DNA of 64,000 nucleotides, from contig CAXXVZ010000003.1 in the NCBI GenBank assembly GCA_963678065.2, forward strand, positions 1,856,001 to 1,920,000. The letters run 5' to 3'. Within the stretch, counting starts at the first letter, position 1. The number at the start of each line of letters is the position of its first letter. The notes beneath the pieces were generated by a model. The model had not been told where the DNA came from. It saw only the letters and a list, made by a program, of their open reading frames with translations, and searched no databases. The DNA comes from Treponemataceae bacterium (GTDB lineage Bacteria; Spirochaetota; Spirochaetia; Treponematales; Rectinemataceae). Of this stretch, positions 10,502 through 20,246 are shown piece after piece. Made by a program: the position numbers and the translations under genes.

Positions 10502-13306
10502 ATGCCGGAAACCCTCACCGGGGAAATACAGCGCCGCATCTCTGAACTCATCCGCGACCCCCTCGTCGACTTTGTCTTTCCCTCCCAGGTCGCGGCGGAG
10601 TCTCAGGCCCGCGCTCGCTGCCTCTCGGGACTCTCGGGCGCCGTAGAAAGTTCGAGGTTCCCGGGATGGGACAGTTTCAAGGAGAGCCTCTTCTCTCCGC
10701 GGGACGCCCGACGCCCGGCCAACAGGATAGCCCGCACGATCTGGGCGGCCCGCGTCCTCGAACGACAGAAAAAAGAGGCCTTCCTCGCCGTCCTGACGGG
10801 CCCGGGGGAACCTTCTCCGGCCTTCCTCTCCTGCATCGCCTCGATCCCTCCCCGACTCCGCGCCACGGTAGAATCCATCCGGGCGCTCGGAGAGTCCGGA
10901 AGAGGCGGACTCACAGGCGAGTCCACCCTCGTCTGCGCCGACCTCGAGTCGCTCTATAAGGATTATCGCGGATTTCTGGACGAGTGTTCCCTCTTCGAGC
11001 CGGACTGGCAGCGGACGAGATCGCCGGCGCGGGAGGGACGGCGGTATATTCTGTTCGCTCCCGAACTCATCGAGGATTTCGACGAATACCGGGACTCGAT
11101 AGCCGCCATGGAGAACGTCGAGGTCCTCAGTCTGGACCAGCTTTCTCCCCGCAGTGGCGGACCTTCCTTCGCCCTCGCCGCCTTCCCGAACGCCAGGGAG
11201 GAGATTCGCTGGGTCTTCGGGCGGATTTCCGCCCTCCTCGATGCGGGGGTCCGCCCGGAAGAAATCGCGGTCACCTCGACACAGCTCGAGAAGGCCGCGC
11301 CCCTGATTCTCCGTACGGCGAAGGAATGGGGCGTCCCCTGCGCGCTCAAATCGGGGACCAGACTCTCCGCGACGGCGTTCGGGCGCTTCCTCGTGGCGGC
11401 AAAGACCTGCCACAGCAGAGATTTTGACTTCCCCTCGATGCGGAATATCCTCCTCGACAAAGCCATCCCCTGGAAAAACAGGGACCTGGCCCGCGACCTC
11501 GTGCGCTTCGGCATCCAGTACCACATCCACTCGGGCTACGGCAGCGGGAAAGACAGGGTCGACATCTGGAAGGAGACCTTCCGGATCTGCGATCCGCGCT
11601 CGCCGCTTTCAGGTTTCCACGACGCGCTCACACGGGGAATCCGGGAACTCGCCGCGGCCGGGAGCTTCGCGCAGCTGCGGGAGAGGCTCATGAAATTCCG
11701 TCGTAACATCCTGGCCGAAACGGATGTGGAAGAGGCAGGGGAGCGCGAGGTGGAGCGGGTCATCGCGGAGCTGGGCAAGCTCTGCGAGACGGAGGCCATT
11801 CTCGGCCCCGCGGGGAGGGTCCCCGAGCCTTTCGGACTCTTTCTCTCCCACCTCGAGTCGGAGCCGTATGTCCCGCAGTCCGGAGACGGCATGGTGCCCG
11901 TGTACGCGTACAAGGTTTCCGCCCTCATGGCGGTCAGCCACCATTTCATCCTCGGCTGCTCCGAGGAAGCGACGAGGGTTTCCTTTTCCGGCGGAACCTT
12001 CCTTCCCGAAACCCTGAAGGAAATCCTGGGCCGGAAGGACAGGGACGCCTCGGCCTCCTTCATGGCGGCCTACACCGGGGACCCGGGCAGCCTCGCATGC
12101 TTCGCCACCGAGGATTTTTCCGGCTGGAGCGCGACGCGGGCGGATGCGGGACCCGCAATCCCGCCGGAGGACTTCGACGAAATCAGGGCGGCCGATCCCG
12201 TCCTCGGGGAAACCCGCGCCTGGAGATCAGGCCGCGCGGGCACCCTGCCCTCGCGGCTCTGCGCGTGGCAGATCCGGGCCATGTGTGGAGAGGATCCCGC
12301 GGAGAACCCGGTTCCGGAAGCAGGACAAAACAGGGAAACGGCGGCGATCCGCGGATCGCCGCCCCTCCTTTCACGTTCGGGCAGGGATTACTCCCGCGAC
12401 TGCGCCGGAGCCGCCATCCTCTCCGGAATCCTTTGCCGGAAGGAGAGCCCGGAAGGCTGGCTCCGCCTTTCCGCGAGCGGAGTGAAAGACTACCTGGCCT
12501 GTCCCTTCTCCTGGCTCCTGAAACGCGCCCTCCACCTTGAGGAGGAGCCCTCGGGTATGGGCTTTTTCGACAACATGCTGGCCGGGGAGATGGCCCACGC
12601 CCTCATACGGGAACTGTACGTGGAAATCGCCGCGGACGGTCCCTACGATCCCTCCAGGGCTCAGGTCTACAAGACCGCCATCCCTCATCTGGCGAGGAAA
12701 GTCCTCGTCGAGTTCTCGAAACGCCAGGGCCCCTTCCTCGAACCCATGTTCGAAGCCTATCTGCCCCTCCTCGCCGACCGCGTCGCTCGCCTCGTCGACG
12801 CTGAATCCGTCTTCGCGGGATGGAACCCAGGCGACTTCGAGATCGAGGGCGTGAAGGCCTATCCGGAAAACATGGTCACGCTCGAAGGGAGGGCCGACCG
12901 GATCGCTTTCCGGGGAGAGGTCCTCGCCATCGTCGATTACAAGAAAAAAACGGTCCCGAGGGCCGCGAATCTCGTCCTTTCCGCGGAGCCGGCAGGCGGG
13001 CTGGGCGACTGCCAGATCGCGGCCTACGTCAGGCTTTTCGAAGGCGGGGGCAGGCTCGTCGAGAGGGCGGCTTTCTACTCCATCGAAAACGCCGAGTGGT
13101 CGAACGTGATCGGGGAAGGCGGACTCAAGTCCCGCGGCGAATATGAGGCGGAACTCAGGGTCTTCGACTCCGACCTCGCGCGGGTGGCCGCGGCCATGCG
13201 CCAAGGCGATTTCCGGATATCCCCGCCGACGAGTCCGGGCGGCGCGGATTCATGCGAGAACTGCGAATGGAAGGCGGTGTGCAGAAGCCGCTTCGCGACG
13301 GAGTGA
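10502..13306 (+). CDS. AddB/RexB-like protein with C-terminal PD-(D/E)XK nuclease
   Basis: LSASGVKDYLACPF, GRADRI, IVDYK, QIAAY, terminal CENCEWKAVC Fe-S cysteines; lies directly upstream of an AddA-like gene. Confidence 0.8.
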   Translation: MPETLTGEIQRRISELIRDPLVDFVFPSQVAAESQARARCLSGLSGAVESSRFPGWDSFKESLFSPRDARRPANRIARTIWAARVLERQKKEAFLAVLTGPGEPSPAFLSCIASIPPRLRATVESIRALGESGRGGLTGESTLVCADLESLYKDYRGFLDECSLFEPDWQRTRSPAREGRRYILFAPELIEDFDEYRDSIAAMENVEVLSLDQLSPRSGGPSFALAAFPNAREEIRWVFGRISALLDAGVRPEEIAVTSTQLEKAAPLILRTAKEWGVPCALKSGTRLSATAFGRFLVAAKTCHSRDFDFPSMRNILLDKAIPWKNRDLARDLVRFGIQYHIHSGYGSGKDRVDIWKETFRICDPRSPLSGFHDALTRGIRELAAAGSFAQLRERLMKFRRNILAETDVEEAGEREVERVIAELGKLCETEAILGPAGRVPEPFGLFLSHLESEPYVPQSGDGMVPVYAYKVSALMAVSHHFILGCSEEATRVSFSGGTFLPETLKEILGRKDRDASASFMAAYTGDPGSLACFATEDFSGWSATRADAGPAIPPEDFDEIRAADPVLGETRAWRSGRAGTLPSRLCAWQIRAMCGEDPAENPVPEAGQNRETAAIRGSPPLLSRSGRDYSRDCAGAAILSGILCRKESPEGWLRLSASGVKDYLACPFSWLLKRALHLEEEPSGMGFFDNMLAGEMAHALIRELYVEIAADGPYDPSRAQVYKTAIPHLARKVLVEFSKRQGPFLEPMFEAYLPLLADRVARLVDAESVFAGWNPGDFEIEGVKAYPENMVTLEGRADRIAFRGEVLAIVDYKKKTVPRAANLVLSAEPAGGLGDCQIAAYVRLFEGGGRLVERAAFYSIENAEWSNVIGEGGLKSRGEYEAELRVFDSDLARVAAAMRQGDFRISPPTSPGGADSCENCEWKAVCRSRFATE

Positions 13307-13308
13307 CA

Positions 13309-16300
13309 ATGGCCGGATCGACGAAACCAGACAGAGAGCAGGACTCCGACCAGAGGGCGGCCGTCGCCATGCGTCGGAACGGCGCGGTCTCGGCCGGGGC
13401 CGGATCGGGAAAGACAACAGTCCTCGCGGCCCGCTACATCGATCTCATCGTCAACTCGGGCGCCGAGCTGCGATCCATCCTCACCCTCACCTTCACCCGG
13501 AAAGCGGCCGCCGAGATGTACTCGCGCATCCACGAAAGCCTGGTCCGCTCCGAGCTTCCCGCCGTCAGGGAGCAGGCCGCGCGCTTTCCCGAAGCCTCCA
13601 TATCGACGATCGACGCCTTCTGCGGAACGGTGACGAGGAGCTCGGCCGCGCGCTACGGCTACGCGCCCGACTTCACGACGGACGACGAGAAGGCGCGCAG
13701 CATCGCCGTCGACGAAGCCCTCGCCTATCTCCTCGAAAACCGCCGCGACCCCGCCCTGATGGAGCTCAACGCCCGGCTGGGTTTCACGACGGCCTGGAAA
13801 GAGCTCTTCGCCGATCTCGCGTATAGCCTGGTCAGCCCCTGCCCGGACGAAGACGGCGGCTTCCCCGGCATCGCGGCAAAAACAGCGACCGCCCTCGACG
13901 GGACGATCGCGGGACTCGTCGCCGCCTTGAGGGAACTCTCCGGGACGGTGGCGGGGGCCGCGGCGGCCATCGGAAAGCCGGGCAATGACTGCGCCCTCGC
14001 CATAGAATTTTTCGGATCTCTGCCCGGCAGACTGGATGAACTGCCGCCGACTCCGGCGACAGCCGTCTTCCGGGCCAGGCCTGCGAACTGCGGCGCGGCG
14101 GATCTTCTCTGCGAGATCGCCCGTGCGGCCGCGGAACTCGCGCTGAGAGGCTACGCCCGGAGCGACCCCGACCAGGCTATGGTCAAAGAAGCGGCCAAAA
14201 ACGCCCGGGATCTCGCACCCCGGCTCGGGGCCGCCGCCGCCCTGCTCGCGGATCTCGGCCTTCTGGAAGCAGTCATGCGGCACATGGACGCCTTCGCCCT
14301 CCGCTACCGCGCAGCCAAGCGCGCCGCGGGTGTCATGGGCTTCCGAGATGTCGCACTCTGCGCCACGCATCTGCTCCGTACCCGGCCCGATATCCGCTCC
14401 TGGTGGAAGGGGCGCTACCGCTACATCATGATCGACGAATTCCAGGACAACAACGCGGATCAGAAGAACCTCCTCTTTCTCCTCGCGGAGCGGCCGGAAC
14501 TCTCCTCTTTCGGCATCCCCCGAGCCGGGGACCTCGTCCCGGACAAACTCTTCTTTGTCGGCGACGAGAAGCAGTCCATCTACATGTTCCGGGGCGCCGA
14601 TGTCTCGGTCTTCCGCCGACTCGACCGCGAACTCGCCTCAGACGGAACCAGTCTCGCGACCAACTACCGGAGCGAACCCGCCCTCGTCGATTTCTTCAAC
14701 TCCGCCTTCGCGCGGATCATGGCGAATCCGGAGGCCGATTTCGAGGCGCGTTTCTCGGAGATAAAGCGGCGCCCGCCCACCCCTGGGCTCTCGCCGACCA
14801 TCCGCTACCTCCTCAGACAGAAACCGGGACAGGGCCGGAAGGACCCGGCCGAACGGAGCGAGGACGAGATTCTCGCCCACGGCATCGCCCGTTTCGTGCG
14901 CGAGCGCGTGGAGAGAGGCGACCTTCCCGTGGCGGACGGAAAAGGAGGAACGCGTCCCGCAGGCTACGGCGATTTCGCCCTGCTCATGCGCTCGACCTCG
15001 AACCAGCACCTCCTCGAGCGGTTTTTCCGGATTCTCGACATCCCCTACTCGGCCTCGGCGGTCTGCGGTCTGTTCATGGAGTCGCCGGTCAACGACATCT
15101 ACAACGCGCTCCGGCTCGTCCTTCTTCCCGAGGACAGGACGGCCTTCGCCGCCGTGCTGCGCTCGCCCCTCGTGCGCGTTTCCGACGACGCCCTCGTCGC
15201 CATCCTCTCCTCCATGGACAGGGACAAGCCGGTCTCCCCGGGGACCGCCTTCGGAACGGCGCCCGGAACAGGCTCGGGATTCGACCCCGGAGCGCTGTCC
15301 GCCGCCGACAGGGAACGTTTCGAGAGGGGAAAAGCCATCTTTGCGAAACTCGCGACAATGGCCGACCGCGTCCCGGCGCCCGAACTCGTCTCCTGGATCT
15401 GGCACGAGGCAGGCCTCCGCGCCGCCATCCTCTCCAAACCCGAGGCTCATCCCTTCCTCGAACACTTCGAGTTCGTCTTCGACCTCGCCTGCAGGGCAGA
15501 AGCCGCCGGCAAGAACCTCTCCGCCTTCGTCTCGGAGGACCTCGAACCCTTCATCGGCAGCATCGAGAAGAAGGACGTCGACGAACTTCAGCGGGACCAC
15601 GCGGAGGGCGTGAGGATCATGACGGTGCACAAGTCGAAGGGACTCGAGTTTCCCGTCGTCATCATTCCGTGGATGAACAACACAGGCGCCCGCGACAGTT
15701 CAGGCGAAGCCTGGTACGCCTCGGAGCGCGTGGGCGTGAGCGTCAACCTGAAGCCCTACGACAGGCCGAAAACGCCCTTCAGGAACATCTTCTTCGAGGA
15801 GGCGAAGGAGGCGCAGAAGGCAAAAAGGGCTGCGGAGACCAAGAGACTTTTCTATGTCGCCTGCACGCGGGCCATCTCCCACCTCGTCTTCGCCGGATTC
15901 GACTCTTCGAGGGCCGAATCCGGCGGCCTGTCTTTCCACAGCCTCCTCGCGGGCGGCGACGGGAAGAGAGGGGAAGATGGCCGCTTCCCCGCCCTCGAGC
16001 CCGAAGTCTCGCTCGAAACGATCCCCGGCCTCACGACCGATGAGTACAAGTCCCTCTTCCGGGGCACGGAGGCGCGGAAAATCGACGATTTCGTCCCCGC
16101 ATACCGCCGGGTCGCGCGTCTCGACAGGCAGTATTGCAGGACGACACTCAGCGCGACGGAACTCGAGGCAGCGCGGAGCGACGAACTCGCAGCCGGCAAA
16201 GAGGCCGGAAAACCCTCAGGACTCGACCAGGCCGGAAGGACGGGCCGACCCGCCGGGATCGCGTGGCCGGCGGCGCTCCTTTCCCTCGCCTGTCCGCAGA

Positions 16301-16878
16301 TGCCCTTCCCTCCCCTTCCCTACGAGACGGGAGAGGAAGCGGACGAGGAGGAGAAAGAGGGCACCGACTTCGGCCGTGTCTGCCACGCCGTCCTCGAGGC
16401 TCGGTACAAGGGCCTCGAAGCCTTCTCCCTTGTCACCGAGAGCCTCGCCGGAGGAGCAAGCCTTGCCCGCCTCGCCGCCATGAAGGCCGGGGCGCTGAGT
16501 CTCGCGGAGCGCTTCGCCGCTTCGGAGCTTGGCCGCGAGATCGCGGACTGCCCGCGGGTCGAAACCGAGAAGGATTTTCTTCTCGCCCTTCCGGGAGGCT
16601 TCCTCGTCAAGGGTCGGATGGACCTCTTTGCGCGAAAGGACGGCAGGATTCTGATCATCGATTTCAAGACCCACCGGCGCGCGGCTCAGGGAGCCTACGC
16701 TCTCCAGCTCTGGCTCTACCGCAAGGCGGCCGAATTCCTGTATCCTGATGACCTGATCGAAACCTGGCTCGTCTGGCTGCGCGGCCCCGTCGCAACCTGC
16801 GTGGAGGCCGCCTTCACCGACGGAGAGCTGGCGCGCATCGCTGCCAGAGCCTCGGATCGGGTTCCGGCGGATATGTGA
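13309..16878 (+). CDS. AddA-like UvrD helicase-nuclease
   Basis: AGAGSGKT, LTFTRKAA, DEFQD, VGDEKQSIYMFRGA, TVHKSKGLEF, YVACTRA, C-terminal GRMD..DFKT nuclease. Confidence 0.88.
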   Translation: MAGSTKPDREQDSDQRAAVAMRRNGAVSAGAGSGKTTVLAARYIDLIVNSGAELRSILTLTFTRKAAAEMYSRIHESLVRSELPAVREQAARFPEASISTIDAFCGTVTRSSAARYGYAPDFTTDDEKARSIAVDEALAYLLENRRDPALMELNARLGFTTAWKELFADLAYSLVSPCPDEDGGFPGIAAKTATALDGTIAGLVAALRELSGTVAGAAAAIGKPGNDCALAIEFFGSLPGRLDELPPTPATAVFRARPANCGAADLLCEIARAAAELALRGYARSDPDQAMVKEAAKNARDLAPRLGAAAALLADLGLLEAVMRHMDAFALRYRAAKRAAGVMGFRDVALCATHLLRTRPDIRSWWKGRYRYIMIDEFQDNNADQKNLLFLLAERPELSSFGIPRAGDLVPDKLFFVGDEKQSIYMFRGADVSVFRRLDRELASDGTSLATNYRSEPALVDFFNSAFARIMANPEADFEARFSEIKRRPPTPGLSPTIRYLLRQKPGQGRKDPAERSEDEILAHGIARFVRERVERGDLPVADGKGGTRPAGYGDFALLMRSTSNQHLLERFFRILDIPYSASAVCGLFMESPVNDIYNALRLVLLPEDRTAFAAVLRSPLVRVSDDALVAILSSMDRDKPVSPGTAFGTAPGTGSGFDPGALSAADRERFERGKAIFAKLATMADRVPAPELVSWIWHEAGLRAAILSKPEAHPFLEHFEFVFDLACRAEAAGKNLSAFVSEDLEPFIGSIEKKDVDELQRDHAEGVRIMTVHKSKGLEFPVVIIPWMNNTGARDSSGEAWYASERVGVSVNLKPYDRPKTPFRNIFFEEAKEAQKAKRAAETKRLFYVACTRAISHLVFAGFDSSRAESGGLSFHSLLAGGDGKRGEDGRFPALEPEVSLETIPGLTTDEYKSLFRGTEARKIDDFVPAYRRVARLDRQYCRTTLSATELEAARSDELAAGKEAGKPSGLDQAGRTGRPAGIAWPAALLSLACPQMPFPPLPYETGEEADEEEKEGTDFGRVCHAVLEARYKGLEAFSLVTESLAGGASLARLAAMKAGALSLAERFAASELGREIADCPRVETEKDFLLALPGGFLVKGRMDLFARKDGRILIIDFKTHRRAAQGAYALQLWLYRKAAEFLYPDDLIETWLVWLRGPVATCVEAAFTDGELARIAARASDRVPADM

Positions 16879-16888
16879 GACCCGGGCT

Positions 16889-17494
16889 ATGGCCCGCATG
16901 GAGACAAGAATGGAGCATGAGACAGCGCCGTCGCCGGAGCCGGAAGCGCCCGGACCCGAAAAGCCGACCCCATGGAAGCTTTTTCTGATTTTTACGGGCA
17001 TTTCCTCGGTGACGATCGGAGGAGGCTACGCCATCGTCCCGGTCATCGGCCGGGCGCTCGAAAAACGCGGCTGGATTCAGGAAGACGACTTCCAGGACCT
17101 GTTCGCGCGGGCCCAGGCCTTTCCCGGGCCGATAGCCCTCTCGACCGCCATCATTTCCTCACGGAAGCTCCTGGGGGCCCGGGGAGTCGTTCCGGCGATC
17201 GCCGGCGTCGTCCTGCCTCCCTTCGTGGCCCTCATCCTCGTGGGCTCCCTTCTCGGGCAGTTCGGAAATCTGCCCGTCGTGGCGCGCTTCCTTCATGGAG
17301 CCGGGGCGACCGTTCCCGGTCTCGTGGCGGCCATGCTCTGGCGCACGGCCAAAAGACGGAAATGGACAGCGTTCAGGGCAGGGGCGACAATCGCTCTGGC
17401 GCTTGCCCTCGGCCTCGCGCCGAAGATGAGCCTGCCGATCCTCCTCGGCGCCATCGCCCTTCTGTACCTGGCGGAGAAAACATGGAACTCCTGA
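16889..17494 (+). CDS. chrA: Short-chain chromate transporter subunit
   Basis: TIGGGYA and AQAFPGPIA motifs; hydrophobic. Confidence 0.8.
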   Translation: MARMETRMEHETAPSPEPEAPGPEKPTPWKLFLIFTGISSVTIGGGYAIVPVIGRALEKRGWIQEDDFQDLFARAQAFPGPIALSTAIISSRKLLGARGVVPAIAGVVLPPFVALILVGSLLGQFGNLPVVARFLHGAGATVPGLVAAMLWRTAKRRKWTAFRAGATIALALALGLAPKMSLPILLGAIALLYLAEKTWNS

Positions 17495-18012
17495 ATATCG
17501 TCTGGACATTTTTCAAGATCGGGATCGTGTCCTTCGGCGGAGGATGGTCCATCGTCGGACTGATCCAGAACGAAGTGGTCTCCCGCGGATGGGTGAGCGA
17601 TTCGGGCTTCAAGGCCTGGATCGCGATCGCCCAGTCGACCCCGGGCCCCGTCGCCCTCAACACGGCGACACTCGTGGGATGGAATCAGGGCGGTTTCGTG
17701 GGGGCAGTGCTCGCGACGCTTTCCGTCATCGCTTTCCCCGTCATGGCCATCCTCGCGGCCGGCTATGTCGGCAAAAAGATGAAGCCCGACGAAAAATCCC
17801 TCAACGAAGCCCTGAAGACGGGAAGTATGGCGATGATGCTGATGACGCTCTGGGCGCTCCGTCCCGACGCAGGGGACCCCTTCGCGATCGCCCTCGCCCT
17901 TCTGTCCTTCGCGGCGACGGCTTTCACCAAGATCAATCCGCTATGGGCCATCCTCGGGGCCGGAGCCCTGGACGCGGCCATCGGCCCGGCGATAAGCGCG
18001 ATTTTCAACTAA
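17482..18012 (+). CDS. chrA: Short-chain chromate transporter subunit
   Basis: FFKIGIVSFGGG and AQSTPGPVALN; start at MELLNIVW. Confidence 0.85.
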   Translation: MELLNIVWTFFKIGIVSFGGGWSIVGLIQNEVVSRGWVSDSGFKAWIAIAQSTPGPVALNTATLVGWNQGGFVGAVLATLSVIAFPVMAILAAGYVGKKMKPDEKSLNEALKTGSMAMMLMTLWALRPDAGDPFAIALALLSFAATAFTKINPLWAILGAGALDAAIGPAISAIFN

Positions 18013-18075
18013 AGAAGCCCGATCCGCGCCTTCCGGGCGCACCCTGAGCGCAGTGTGCTGCCAGGGTATGGGCAT

Positions 18076-19227
18076 TTACAAACGGGGCCGGACTTCGTCC
18101 CACTCCGCGCGCACGCGGGCGATGGCGGACACGAAGGCGGGAATGTCGACGAGCGACTTGGCCGGCGTGAGCTCTCCCGCATGCGCGCAGGCGAGGACGC
18201 GGGCCGCGTTCCCGGCCGCGAACTCCGCGTCGGCGTTGTCGAGGGCGAACTCGTGGCCCGCCGGGTCGTTTCCGGGAATATCGTAGCCTGTGCCGTCGCG
18301 CCAGAACCGGTCGTGGATCGAGCTCAGTTTTTCGTACAGCGCCTTTGCCCTGTATACCCTGACGCCGACGTTGGTGTAGCCGGGGCCTTCGGCCGTGAGC
18401 TTCCCCTGGAGCTTCGCGTGGCCGAAGGAGAGGGGCAGACCCGCGGCATCGAAGCGGATCGGGTATCCCGGGTTGTCGACGGGCGCCGCCGGCAGAAGAA
18501 AATCGACCCTCTCTCCGGCAGCGTTCAGCGCGTCGAGTGCGAGGAGGGAAGCCAGGGCGGTGAGGGGTGAATTGGCGTCGCCCCCGAAGTTGGCGACGAG
18601 GTAGTCGGCATCCTTCCAGAGCTCCCGGCATTGCCAGGCCGCGTCGCCGTGGCCGAGCGGCTTCCCGAATGGCGCTTCCTGGGTAAAAAACGAATACCGT
18701 CCGGGAGCGATCCCGAGCGGCTCCATGATCTCGGCCCTGATGCGATCCTCATATCCGCGGACGACGACGAGGTGGTGGCCGAGCCGGTCCACAGCGTCGA
18801 GGGAATAGGCCGCGACTGGTATCCGGCCTCCTTCTTCGCCGCCGGATTCCGGCCGGATACAGTCGCGCACGGGATAGAGGCCTCTCGGAGCTTCCGGATC
18901 GACGCCGGCCGCTGAAGCGAGCCCCTCATCCTGAGCTTGCCGAAGGGACTTCACCCAGCGCGAACCCGAGCCCGCGAGGAGGGTGAGGCAGACCGTCCGC
19001 GAGGCGAGACCGGCAGCATATACGCCGACCGAGGCCGGCAGGGGCCGGGAGGACAAGGCGCCGCCACCCGCCGCGCCGGCACCGCCGGAACCGTCGCCGG
19101 CAGTGCCGAGATTTCCGGAACCACTCCCCGCGGCGCCGAGCATTGTCTCGAGAGCCAGACGGGGAAGGTCCTTCCTGTGCGCGTAGGCCTGGCCATAGAG
19201 GCCGGAGCAGAGGGCAGACAGAGTCAC
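18076..19227 (-). CDS. Putative sugar-phosphate nucleotidyltransferase (GlmU N-terminal-like fold)
   Basis: LLAGSGSRW, Q...PLGHGDA, NFGGD and NVGV motifs. Confidence 0.55.
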   Translation of the reverse strand: MTLSALCSGLYGQAYAHRKDLPRLALETMLGAAGSGSGNLGTAGDGSGGAGAAGGGALSSRPLPASVGVYAAGLASRTVCLTLLAGSGSRWVKSLRQAQDEGLASAAGVDPEAPRGLYPVRDCIRPESGGEEGGRIPVAAYSLDAVDRLGHHLVVVRGYEDRIRAEIMEPLGIAPGRYSFFTQEAPFGKPLGHGDAAWQCRELWKDADYLVANFGGDANSPLTALASLLALDALNAAGERVDFLLPAAPVDNPGYPIRFDAAGLPLSFGHAKLQGKLTAEGPGYTNVGVRVYRAKALYEKLSSIHDRFWRDGTGYDIPGNDPAGHEFALDNADAEFAAGNAARVLACAHAGELTPAKSLVDIPAFVSAIARVRAEWDEVRPRL

Positions 19228-19230
19228 GTT

Positions 19231-20133
19231 TCAGTCCTCGGCGACGATGGGCTGCCGTGTAACCCGGTATTTCTTGACGAAACCGCAGGGCCGGTAGGTC
19301 ATCTTGGCCTGACGCAGTCCCTCGTCGCCGAGATCCTGTTCCCTGTTGATCGTCTTGAAATGCGAGGGCAGCCCCTGGGCGAAGGCCTGATTGATGAACT
19401 GGTAGATGCCTTTGTACCTGTCGCATGCTTTCTCGAAGTGGATGGCGAACATCCTTCCCTTGGCGACGGGCTCGCCCAGACACCAGCCGGCCGGCGCTCC
19501 GTCGACATAGTAGACGCAGCCGCGCATGCCGAGATCCTCGAAGAGCCCGATGGCTTCGCGCGAGGCGACATAGTCTCCGTCGGAGCCCTTGGCCTCGCGC
19601 CACTCGTCGAGGACCGCGAGGGCGTCGGCGGCATTGTCCTTGCGCAGGGGCTTCTGCTCGTAGCTGTAGGAATTGATGAAGGCGTTCACGAGGTTGCGCT
19701 TCTTGTGGTAAGCGCGCCCGGAGAGTTCGGCGAGATCGGTGCGCTCGTATATGTAGTCGAAGTTGTCGCGGTCTTCCTCCACGTGGTAGCCGCGCTGTTC
19801 AAGCTCGATCCTGTGGATCTCGGACTGGGATTCCGACATGTTCTTGAAATAATCGTGACCCGCCATGAGGTTGTCGAAGATCTCGCGATCGGGGAAGCAG
19901 CAGGGCAGGTAGAAAAAGGACTTACCCGCTTTCGTCCCCTCTACGACGGAGGAGCCTCCGGGAAGCAGGGAGACCCGGTAGTCGTAAACATGGCGGAAGA
20001 GGTAGAGATTCGAGAACGTGAGTTCGGAGATTCCGTCCTTCGTCATATTGAGAGCGGGATAGAGATCCGCGCGCATGTCGAGGTCTATGGCTGCGAATTC
20101 GGGGTATTGAGGTATTGGCATGCTGTATATCAT
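19231..20133 (-). CDS. DUF2156 / lysyl-phosphatidylglycerol synthase-like domain protein
   Basis: DRDNFDYIY, LSGRAYHKKRN, HFEKA, INREQDLGDEGLRQAKMTYRP. Confidence 0.85.
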   Translation of the reverse strand: MIYSMPIPQYPEFAAIDLDMRADLYPALNMTKDGISELTFSNLYLFRHVYDYRVSLLPGGSSVVEGTKAGKSFFYLPCCFPDREIFDNLMAGHDYFKNMSESQSEIHRIELEQRGYHVEEDRDNFDYIYERTDLAELSGRAYHKKRNLVNAFINSYSYEQKPLRKDNAADALAVLDEWREAKGSDGDYVASREAIGLFEDLGMRGCVYYVDGAPAGWCLGEPVAKGRMFAIHFEKACDRYKGIYQFINQAFAQGLPSHFKTINREQDLGDEGLRQAKMTYRPCGFVKKYRVTRQPIVAED

Positions 20134-20246
20134 AAGGATCGGAAAGGGGGTTCGGCAAGTGCGATCGTGTTCGGGCCCCGACTGTGCGGCGATTGCGAAG
20201 TCCCGGGAGCTTGCGCTCCCGCGGAAACGAAGGCATACTTTCCCGC

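Noticed and set aside
10502..16878. Helicase-nuclease pair as a novel defence system
   Set aside because: Motifs, gene order and host-like composition match housekeeping AddAB.
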